NCBI GenBank assembly: GCA_905178155.1
Contig: CAJINV010000007.1
Location: forward strand, 1,457,341 to 1,521,340
Length of the DNA stretch: 64,000 bases
DNA from: Amoebophrya sp. A120
Taxonomy: Eukaryota > Protista > Dinoflagellata
Direction of reading: 5' to 3'
Made by a program: the position numbers and the translations under genes. The number at the start of each line of letters is the position of its first letter. Position 1 is the first letter of the stretch. The notes below the pieces were generated by a model. The model was not told where the DNA came from. It saw only the letters and a program-made list of their open reading frames with translations, and did no database searches. Shown in pieces: positions 14,001-23,331 of the stretch.

Positions 14001-16593
14001 TAAGTTTTCGATTGATCATAACAGTTTTTGGCACGAGCTAAAATTCCATTTTTCTGGTACTTTTCCAGAACAAGCCTCCAGATAGTCCTTCAGATCAGAA
14101 TTAAGGACAGTAGCATTTTTCTGGATCATTTATAGGCGTTGTCGACTTGCCAGTATCAAAGGTAAGGTCGATGTTCCCCGACTGCAGCAGCAGCGTTTCC
14201 CAGTGAGGTAGTCGCGCAAGGTCGTGGCGAGAGAGAGCGCGAGCTCGACTCTTTTCAAGAAAAAAAAAAAAGGAAAAGATCGCAAAAGAAAGTAAAGAAA
14301 ACCCCAAAAGCGACACTAAGCAGCCTAGTCTCCGGGGTAAGAAGCGAAAAAAAAAAAAAAGGGAAGAGTGGAGACGTAGCTGCAGGTGGTTGGGCGACCT
14401 GGACATAACTTCGGTTCCCCAGGAAGCCCAGCGGCGTCTGGTTTACCGGGCTGCGACATCAAGTTGTAGCCTGTCTGGTTCCTTGGAACCTAAGGTCTTG
14501 TATTTCTGCCCGACTTCGAGAGATCTCACGCTGAGATGCTCCCCGAAGGTTAGTCGGAGGCTGATCAGGTGGCAAGTCGCCGCCCTGTTCTGTACGCCAT
14601 TGCTGATGAGGTGGTTGCTTTGGCTGACTCCAATTGCACGGCCGGTCACCGCTAAAACGGGTGGTGCCTCGCTCTGCAAGATGCTTTAGAGTTACACTTT
14701 GAAGCAGACATTTACTCGCAGTAATCTTGACAGTGCCCAGACAGTTTCTCGCCCACCTAGAGGCGAACACACATGTTGTTTTTCATGCGACGCCAATGCC
14801 CCCTTTGTGCCCTGGTGGCACGGAGGACGCGTTGCATTTTCTGGGACCACGCAAATTCTAGCCTGCGAGGGGGGGAAGCGAGCAAAAAAAAGTCTGGCCT
14901 GCGGATATCGGGAGGAAAACAGGCAGAAATCAGCATGGCAAATTCTCTGAGGCGTGCTTTTTCATCGATATGGGGAGGGGGAATTTTTCCTTACGATATC
15001 GTGACGGGGGGGAGCAGCAGTGATTTGTACTACGTGCCCGAGCCGAAGGATCTTTACCACGCGGACCTGCCCGCCCTGGTCTCCGACCTGTTCTCGGGCG
15101 AGAAGATCGAGCTGGCCCTGGAGTCGTACACGGTCACCGTGCTCTTCACCAGCTATCGAATCTTGTACTGGAAATGGAACGAGAACGACGACAGCCACGA
15201 ACTGCACGTCGTTTTGTACAAAAACGTCATCCGGTGGAAGTTGACCACCCAAGCCCGGTTTTGGGACCGCAACGAGGAGCTGAAGATTTTCCACGGCTAC
15301 GGCAATGAAAAAACCGAAGTGCTGGAGCTCACGTTCGACTCCACCCGCCGGGAGCCCATCTTTGCGGCCGCGGCGCTCATCAAGGGACACGTGCAAGAAT
15401 ACCACGACAACGAAGTACGCATGCACCACTTCTACGTGCAGAATTGTGCCTGGGGAGGCTGTGCTGGCACCAACAACCCGGGGCATCAACTGTGGAAAGT
15501 CAATAAACCCGCCAACCAACGGGCGAGGACCGCCGAAGAGTTGCGAGAGCACCAGGAAGCGTCCGAGCGGGAAGCTTTTCACGCCGAGGAGGTCGCGAAT
15601 GCAGAGGGGACCGTGAGACACCCGGTCCGGATTAGCGGGCCGCAAGCGGAAGAAATGGAAGCGAAGTTCAGGGACGAGGAAAAAGATCGAAGAAAGCGCG
15701 TGAGGCAGAGAGAAAGGGAAGAAAGAAGACGCGATCGGGTATTGTAAGGAAAAATCCCCCCTCCCCATATCGAAAAGGCATGTTTCCGAAAATTTGCGTT
15801 GCTGATTTGAGGTCACAAATCACGTCTGTCTCGCAAGAAGACAAGGGCAAAAGCTTCGCCCCCATTACAGAGGCGATTTGTCATGCTGTTGGGCCTAGTG
15901 GGGAGCCGTTTGCCAAGCTGAACAACTAGACCGATACGGCCCTACATAGCCTGGGGATCTGGCCGCGATGCCTTTCTGCAATAGAAAGCCGATTTGTGTA
16001 CACAAATCCCGCATCACAGATTTCCATTTCGATATGGGGTGGGGGGATTTTTCCTTTTGATATCGGGAGCAGCAAGCGGCCCGCAAGGCGAAGGACGACA
16101 AGAAGTTCGGCGGGAAGCTATCCCTAGTAAAAACGTACCCACACCAGAGTTGTAATGCAGATTTGCAAAGACAGAAAGACTTGCAATGCGCATCCCCATG
16201 AGAGCCATTCCCAATCGTGTTTTGGATTTTGTGATGCTGTGAACAGGATGAGCAGATGAATCTGTGACGCGGCTGCACTTGCTAACCTGCACTACACTGC
16301 AGAGTGCAACTTGTCATGCGTGACTCACAAAGCTCCTAGGTTTGTGTTGCAAAATCCCCATCCTGACGCTGGTGTGTGTACGTTTTTACTCAGGATAGAA
16401 GCAAGAAAGGAAGTCGTACCAGGAACGGTGGAGGGCCTGGCGGAACAAGAAGGAAACAGAAGAAAGCAAGCGGGAGAAAGAGGAAAAGAAAAAGAAACAG
16501 GAAGAAAGTAAATACGTTACGGTTAGTGGGGTAAGGGCCGAGAAACAAAAAACAACGTGGAGGGAAAAGGTTCAAGGTTGGTTCTCCCGTTGA
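5028..16593 (+). CDS. Large protein (~2056 aa spliced) with an N-terminal hydrophobic segment, a low-complexity region and about 5 bacterial-type PH (bPH_1-like) domains; 12 exons, 11 introners
   Basis: Exons 5028-6975, 7276-7634, 7905-8849, 9121-9683, 9879-10576, 10877-11250, 11598-11744, 11921-12004, 12252-12326, 15004-15739, 16068-16118, 16403-16593 total 6171 nt, a continuous ORF ending TGA 16591-16593. Recurrent motifs such as EKIVYAF..FFLTTKRIFVV, WIFTNKRLLIR and EKIELAL..LFTSYRILYW resemble bPH_1 (recognised by eye). Confidence 0.8.
5606..5633 (+). repeat. (GAT)n microsatellite encoding poly-Asp
   Basis: gatgatgat run in frame (GDDDDDDDDDG). Confidence 0.85.
6976..7270. mobile_element. 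Introner E2, family B, degenerate (295 bp)
   Basis: Ends tatcaaat..atgtctggatctggaag / cttccaga..gacatgtttgcagtgcatg; direct repeat cgccg; removing 300 nt gives DVPA|GSLL. Confidence 0.88.
7635..7899. mobile_element. Introner E3, family B (265 bp)
   Basis: TIR tatgaactgcaaatatgtctgggtctggaa / ttccagacc..gacatatttgcattccata; direct repeat agcac; removing 270 nt gives SAKH|APLR. Confidence 0.92.
8850..9115. mobile_element. Introner E4, family C (266 bp)
   Basis: Ends tatgaggctctcaaacgttgcattctc / gagaagtgtaacatttgcgagcgccata; direct repeat accgg/accga; removing 271 nt gives TSNR|AQMT; reverse-oriented relative of E25. Confidence 0.88.
9684..9873. mobile_element. Introner E5, family D (190 bp)
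   Basis: TIR tatcccagagaaaaaaacaggcagggcat / atgccctgcctgcttctttctgtgggatg; direct repeat ctctt; removing 195 nt gives ALLF|NAKE. Confidence 0.9.
10577..10871. mobile_element. Introner E6, family C, degenerate (295 bp)
   Basis: Ends tatggggttctcaagcgttacat / atgcaacgcttgagcattactccata; decayed repeat tacag/ctcag; removing 300 nt keeps the frame. Confidence 0.82.
11251..11592. mobile_element. Introner E7, family B with extra internal hairpin (342 bp)
   Basis: TIR tatcaaatgcgaatatgtctgggtctagaa / ttccagacccagacatattggcaacgcata; direct repeat gcatg; removing 347 nt gives QMGM|GVTN. Confidence 0.92.
11745..11915. mobile_element. Introner E8, family E (171 bp)
   Basis: Ends tatcc..aaaagtatcgcactc / gagtgcgatacttg..atgcata; direct repeat gcgtg; removing 176 nt gives DASV|PALT. 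Confidence 0.88.
12005..12246. mobile_element. Introner E9, family B (242 bp)
   Basis: TIR tatcaactgcaaatatgtctgggtctggaa / ttccagacccagacatatttgcatttgata; direct repeat acgac; removing 247 nt gives FLHD|GDEE. Confidence 0.93.
12749..13776 (+). pseudogene. C-terminal fragment of a retrotransposon pol ORF: RNase HI domain plus CCHC zinc finger
   Basis: YDAEVIAL, IYIFVDS, LHWVPSH and NTIADKL match RNase HI motifs; the first catalytic Asp motif is missing, consistent with truncation; CRKC...HLLVECP finger. Confidence 0.85.
12749..14775 (+). mobile_element. 5'-truncated non-LTR retrotransposon (RNase H-containing, I/Ingi-like)
   Basis: Perfect 17-bp target duplication ttgtttttcatgcgacg (12732-12748, 14776-14792); RNase H and CCHC coding remnant; ~1 kb 3' region. 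Confidence 0.8.
15740..16062. mobile_element. Introner E11, family A (323 bp)
   Basis: TIR tattgtaaggaaaaatcccccctccccatatcgaaa / tttcgatatggggtggggggatttttccttttgata; direct repeat tcggg; removing 328 nt gives RRDR|EQQA. Confidence 0.92.
16119..16397. mobile_element. Introner E12, family F (279 bp)
   Basis: TIR tatccctagtaaaaacgtacccacacca / tggtgtgtgtacgtttttactcaggata; direct repeat gaagc; removing 284 nt gives FGGK|QERK. Confidence 0.92.
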
Positions 16594-17739
16594 GGACCGA
16601 CCGCATCATAAGTTTCCGATCCTGTGGTCCCCCCGGAGGTGATGTTGAGTCTACTTCAAGAACCATGTCCTCGACGTTTCTGTAAGCACTTGCTCTGCCG
16701 ATTCATTCATCCCGTTCCTTTATCATATCTCAACGTTTCATCTGTAAGCACTTGCTCTCTTCATCGCCCTTGTATGAGTACTACCCGGCTCGTCTCATAC
16801 TTTTGCGAATGATGTTATAATTCGAAATCGAAATGGAAGTGCACGTTAGTTCATGTTATTTGTTATGTATGACAGGCCCAATGAAAAAATGAGTCGGCTT
16901 CACTCTACTGACCTTTTTTTCTGGTTCTTCAGTTGCAGCTGCAACTCGCACGGCTATGGTGCCGAAGTGTAAGAAATACTTACTATTTACAAATTGATCA
17001 CAAAGAAATGTATAAAGTATAGCGAGGACAGGACAACTGTAAGTATAATCTCGAGAAGTTTCACGCCTATAATATGAACATAGCCGCACGATTTGGTAGT
17101 GCAGTTTTGTTGCCTATGCTTAGACCCTGCATCTAGGTGGACGAAGGTTGATGGCATGAAGTGACCCACGAACCTATTTGAATCTTAAAGCACGATTTTC
17201 ATGTACGAAAAGGATGCGGAAGAATTAAATGCAGACACTTCTTGGAGTACTCTGAGGACACAAGGACTCATCGCTATCAAAATCTAGTACACGCAGGGTC
17301 GTTCTCGTCTTCGTCTCAATTAACCTCCTGCTTCACGTCCTCCGATTCTATGTATGATTGTCGGTCGTTTTTCGCCATCGCCTCCTGCAGTTGAAGGTTT
17401 AAATCGATTGATTCTTTTATTCGGGTCGTCGTGATCTTCGTTTTGCCATTATCGATAGTGTTTTACTAGTGCCGACATTTATTTTTGACTCTCTTTCACC
17501 ACAGAGAAAATTTGAAAATCTATGAAAATTTTCACAAAATAAAGCGGGATGAAGCTTGAATGGTTTTTTTCTTGAAGTAGAGCATGAGCAAGAAGTCTAG
17601 ATGAAATTCGTGTGCTGGTCCTGGACGAATATACATGCAGCACCCTCCTGATCTCGTCCTCTGAAGATTTAATGATTTATTTTCTCCAGTTCTTTGTGAA
17701 AAAGTGCCCCGAAATACATCATCAAAATTACTCTCACGA

Positions 17740-20700
17740 ATGGGTTCCCGTCGGGAGGAGTATTTGCGCCGTCGCACGAGCCACAAGCTCCGCGAGTGGG
17801 TTGTTGTATCGTCCCCGGCGGGTCGTGAGGGTGGTGGAGAAGAAGGGACTACTACACGACAAAATGATCTTCATGCCAACACAACTTCAATCGACCAAAA
17901 TGCTGCTCTCGACGCAGAGGAGGACCACCGTAACGAGGACCACCGTACGAGTACCGGGCGAGGACCTCCTCCTGTTCGCTCAACATCTTCGCGGCACAAC
18001 AAGAACCGTAGTTCCTCATCGTCTTCCGACCTCTTGGAGGAAGATCGGCAGGACCCCGTGACTGTCTCCAAGAACTTCAAGATCGAGCTGCAGTCGGACG
18101 CTTTTGGCACCAGCTCCGCGAAGCAACTGCTCGCCGCAAGGAGCAAGCAGCAGGGTCCTTCGAGTAAAGAGTCAGAAGTGCTGTCGTCTTCGATAGTCGG
18201 TGGAGCCGTGTCCTCTGCCAGCAACAAGAATTCGCTGGAGTCTCGCATCGAAGGTTTGAAGCGGGAGACGAATCTGATGAAGCAAAAGTTGGAAACGAAA
18301 CGAAACGCGCGGGCGAGAAACGTTGCGTGGGAGGTGCCCACGACTAGTTGTACAGGAGATGAAGAACAAGTAGAACCCAAAAACGTCACAAAGAACACAA
18401 ATGCAGTTTCCGTGGCGCCCAAACGACCGGAATCGGTTTCGCGCCTGCGTCCGCCTCAACAGATTAATACCGTGCATCACCGTGTAAGGAACATTGCTAG
18501 AAGCGATCAAGGCGGCCGCGATGGGCAAAGAAATACGAAAGTAGAGACCACACACCGCCGGATGAGCTTGCAAGAAAGAAATCCAAATTCCGCATCGCGG
18601 TCAGGTGCGTCCTCTTCAGCCTCTTCGTCTGAAATTGAGACCATGGGCGGGACGCGTGGATTAGCACAACTACCGCGAGATGATTCAGCTCATGAAGTAC
18701 GAGCAGCTGGGCTGTCCACATCCTCTGCTTTTTTCACCTCCTCATCTTCCGAACAAGAAGTCCAAGTCGAACCCGTCCCCCACCCCACCTCGATCGACGA
18801 CGAGCTTCTGCTGGGCCGGCTGTTGCGTCTGGCGCTCGGGCGGGAGCTGTTGGGCAGCTGCAATGACGAGAGGAACAATATTATGCACAATCTGAATAAG
18901 TCGGTTTTGCTGCAGGCTGTGGAAGAAAGGGAACGTGCGACAGGAATTCCGAATGGCGCGGCAAGTTCAGTATCAGTTTCAAGCAGCTCGAAGCGCAGCT
19001 GCAACTCCAGTGTAGTGTCGACCTCGAAAACGTCCTCCAAACTGATTTATCCTGGAGATGGTAGTTGTGCATCAACGTCAACCGTGGTAGTGGCACCACT
19101 ATCGACGAAACAAGCGGCAGGCGAACATCAAGACGAGCCAAGTCTCACCCTCGTCGATGCCAGCCTGCATCTAGCGGACGCACCGAAAAGTCCGGAACTT
19201 TTGCGCCAGACCAGTCGGCTTCCGGAAAGTTCAAATAGTGAAAATAAAGTAGCAGGTGAAGGTGGAGGGGAAAATGAAGCTACTTCTAGCAAACGAACGG
19301 CGACGTGCAGGAAAAAATCTTCTAAAGAACCGCTGAACACGACCAGGGACGAGGTCTATGCTGAGGAAGTTTACGGAACTGCTAGTACTATTGCAGGAGA
19401 CGAAGAGCCGCAGCCGGCGAAAAGTATGACCAGCGCGAGCAACAGTAACAGCAAGGAGATCACCTCCAAACTACGCCCTGCGAGTGCGCCGGCGCACAAA
19501 GTATCAAAACAGGAGAGAAGAAGATCGTCTTCATCAGGTTCCTTTACGCCGGTGGTCGCGCAGAACCCGGAAACCATGACGTTTCACACCAGTTTTCATT
19601 ATCAGTCTTCCCCGGAAAAGAGTGAGACGGAGAGCTTTTTGGATCGCAGTAGTGTTAGAAAAGGAGAAGTGGTGGACGTCGAGCCGAAGAAGAAAAAGAA
19701 ATCCTTAACTCTGGTTCCGGAACTTCAATCTAGAACGGTGAGCAGTGGTGTGGTACACCGAGGAAGCAAAACATCGACAACCGCGACCCGCACTAGCAAA
19801 GAATCAGCAAATGACTCAAGTGTGCAAGTAGTTGTACCACCACCAACTCTTCCTGTCAGATCCACGAAAAAGCAAGAGGCGAGAAAGCAGGCGGCGAGCG
19901 CGAGGCAGCAGGCTATGGAAAAATACGCGAAAAACGCTAGTACGGGTAGTACTTCTACATCTGGGTGGAACAGAGTTGTAAAACAAGAAGGCGCAGAACT
20001 GGCCTCGGAAATAAACAAAGATCCATCCATCAGTGCCACTACAAAACCCAGCATGTCGAGTGCGAAAGCCAAAACTCCGGCCCGGCCGAAAGCCACCCCG
20101 GGGTCGTCCACGAGGGGAACAAACGCGGAATCCAGCAAATCCGCACTGCAGTTGACTGCTGCAGAAGTTCTTGCTCCAGATAGAATCGACGCTGATGCTC
20201 CTACACAAAGAACATTTCAACGCGTTGCTTCCAGCACGACCGAAAAAATCGATCCAGAGACATCAAATTCAGCTGCGACTGCGAGAAAGAAATGCTCAAG
20301 CGAAGATATTGGCTGCATGGTGAAGAAGGAGTTTACCAAAGTGCAGCCGGGCGAATTTTCTGTAAGCGATGCTGCGAACTCCCTGCCACCGACGCGGTTG
20401 GGCTCGAAGATAGTACAACAGGAACAACATCAATTCGCAAACATGATTAAAGCAGGCAGCAAAGAGCACAGAAGTTGTAGTTCTTCAAAAAACAGTTCTG
20501 AACTATTAACATCTTCACGAAGGAGCGCTTCCTCGTCCAAGAAGAGCAAGTCGAGCAGTGGTTGTGTATCCATCTCCTCTTCGGCCAGCAGTACGGCGAC
20601 GAGATACGATACGGAAACAATCCGAAACCGGAAGCTTCTGCTGGACGGATTAAAAATGGAGAACAATACAACTGAGAACGGTGGACCTGTCCTCGAGGAA

Positions 20701-22509
20701 GGTGGAAATTTTGACGCAAATGGTGGTCCTACTACAACATCAGGAACAGCGCAGGAGGACGTCGTGAACAAAGTGCAGTGGTTGTTGGAGCAATTTGCGA
20801 CGGAAGTGGATGCGATTGAAAGCGAAGTTCAACTGGACAAAGGGCATGGTGAACAAGGTCAACATGATGAAGACAACCAGAACTACCAAGCAGGAGCTGC
20901 TACAACGCAGAGAAGAACTGCATCAAGGACATCAAAGCCGACATTGAAAAAGAACAACTTCCCCCGGTGCAAATCCGCTGGCGTGATAGACACGGCGCGG
21001 AAGCAGTATTTTGAGAGCCACGACGACTATTTCGCAGTGAAAAACAACAAAATTCTGGACCGGGACGGTAAGGTTGTGCAGGAAACGAGAGAGCCACCAG
21101 TAAAAATTCTGGCTGGGATGAAACAAGAGGATCATGATCATGATGCGTGGTCCTCGTCGTCGAAAATGTCTAGACCTCGGACCCCGCAAAGGCCCCGAGC
21201 CTTCTCCAACGTGCAGAGCCGCCTGCTGGAACCTAAAAAAAATACTAGGACGCCTTCATCCGCTGGGCGTCATGAAGACAGGCTGATCGAGCGCCAGGCG
21301 AAGGAGTTACCATCTGGCGAAACCAATTTATTTTCCAAGAACACGACTACGAGAAGTCAAAGCAGTACCTCCCTTGATACTAACCGTGTTGCGAAGAGAC
21401 CGACGACACGTCCGAGTAGGTTGTCGACCCCTACCACGCAAATAACGTCTGACGTAGGAACAGAGAAAGTTACAGCATCTTCAGACGAGACGACGAGAAC
21501 GGGAGTCGCGGTTCTTGACTGTCGTGCTGCTAATCGTAGTTCAAGAACTTCTTCTGCGACGGGGACTACTACAGGTGAACAAATCAGAATCTGTGCAGCT
21601 ACCACTTCTCGTGTACCATCCTCCGCACAACTTCTACAGGAAATACAAGATGATGAAAAAGAGCTTCCTTCTCGTTCGAAGTCCTGCTACACCAATCGGT
21701 GGGACCGGCTATCGACACAACGGTCCACAAGAAATATTAAATTCCGACCGGCACTAGACACGCCGAAGGAGGTTTTAGACGCGCCACCGCCGTTCAGTTT
21801 TAAGCCGACGTTGCGGGCGACAGAGGTGTTTAAGGACGTGAAGCCGCGGTACCTGCAATCAGCGGACGAATACGTGGAAAGGAGACACAACCAGATACAC
21901 TTGGAGGTATTAAGTTGTACCACTTATGAGTGTCCGTCGTAGAAGTGTTTGTAGAGGGTTTCTTTCAATCTAATTGTGATTCTCATTCTCTCAGGTAGTT
22001 TGCTCTGCGCTTGGGCTTCGTGCTGCTACAGCATGGCAGAAGAGCTTTGCAGCAGTCATAGGATAATTCTATTGTGCTGATACTGATAGATAAATACTAA
22101 AAAAAAACGAAATATGAAAAAATTCCAGCTCCTAGAGGAAGAGGAGAAGCGGCTCCGCGCCGAAGCAACCACGCCCTCCGGTGTGTCGCGCATGAATATG
22201 AGTCAGTCGACGTTCGAGAAGCAGAATACAACAAGTACCACGGCAGGAGCCGCCTTTGCTCGCGACCCGGACCATGTGAATTCGGATGACGAGCGGGAAA
22301 TGAAGAAGCAGTTTAGAGCAAATCCGGTGCCGCAGTTCAAGCCGCAGCACGTGAAAGGACAGTACAATCACTTCCGGTTGCAGCACGCGGCACGGGCGGA
22401 GAAGGAGCGGAAGGAGCAGCTGGAGTCGAAAATGACATTGCGCCCCACGACACTGGCTCCATCACCGACCAAGTACAGAACCAGGCGGCCAGATGTACCC
22501 TACTGCTGA
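17740..22509 (+). CDS. Ser/Thr-rich disordered protein (~1515 aa); C-terminus weakly TPX2-like
   Basis: ORF 17704..21942 (first ATG 17740) joins ORF 22114..22509 through GT-AG intron 21907-22128 (222 nt, HLE|LLEEE). The motif KQFRANPVP recalls TPX2 repeats; the functional call is weak. Confidence 0.7.
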
Positions 22510-23331
22510 TGTACAATGATGTCGGATTAGCATAATTAGACAGAGATCGAGATGAACTGAACAGCGCATGTAGAACGGGTGCTGAAATAATTAACGCGAC
22601 GTGACCACTGTGTAAATGTGACTATCTCGGAGACGAGGACGAGATATTAGAAGACCAAGGCAACGAAGAAACCAAGTTTAGAACTTAGCACGAAGAAAAT
22701 GTGTATCTTTTGAAAGTGGGTCCAGGTGTTGTGCGCCTACCCTTCCTTATGTTTCACTTTGAGATGTTGATCAAATTCAAAACGTATTGAAAAAGCCAAA
22801 GCTCATCTATAATTGGATACCAAAAATAAATATCAGAATATGTTTCAGTTTCAGCAAGAACATCAGGGGCGACCAAGTTTTGATTTGAACACATGTACAA
22901 AAATTTAAATATCAGGAGAAAGTTGATGTTGAACGAGTTTGCCGCTGGGTGCGTCGTGTGTGCCGCTCCGGCGATTTTCCTGTCGTATGTTGTGTGGGCC
23001 ATCGTTCGGCGGATTACTGTGTATCGGTAAAAAAGACTCCGTACTGGTACTACCCGTAGTCTCTCTACTTCGGCGAGGGAGTCAAACACCGAGCGAGGAA
23101 GGCAACTTCCGTACTTTGCCATGCGACGTCGCTCTTTGGCAGTGAGTAAAGTAGATTTAGATTATCGAAGTTTGCTGTGGTCCTCGTCGATTTCGTGCGC
23201 TGAGCTAGAACGCGAGGACAATTTTTGAGTGCGCACGGAACAACTGCGAAGACGAAGTTTTCCTTCGAGTTTTATCCTCAAGCAGTCTGATTCATTCGCT
23301 CAACAGTTAGTTTTGTTCTGTCGACTGGTAT

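Larger units (their letters stand above)
12589..14926. mobile_element. Unclassified ~294-bp insertion inside E10, itself interrupted by a retroelement
   Basis: Flanked by the 8-bp direct repeat aaatcagc (12581-12588, 14927-14934); removing it restores a family A-sized element. Confidence 0.7.
12327..14998. mobile_element. Introner E10, family A (reverse orientation to E1), expanded to 2672 bp by nested insertions
   Basis: TIR tatcaaaatgaaaaatccccctcccca / tggggagggggaatttttccttacgata; direct repeat tcgtg at 12322-12326 and 14999-15003; removing 2677 nt gives TRIV|TGGS. Without the nested DNA it is 326 bp, like the other family A copies (321-328). Confidence 0.9.

Noticed and set aside
14600-14660. 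Hammerhead ribozyme suggested by ctgatgag
   Set aside because: I could not find a correctly placed GAAA or the three required stems.
5028-16593. Reading the fragmented genes as transposon-disrupted pseudogenes
   Set aside because: Every junction restores the frame with the same rule and the exons contain no independent stops or frameshifts. RNA evidence is still needed.
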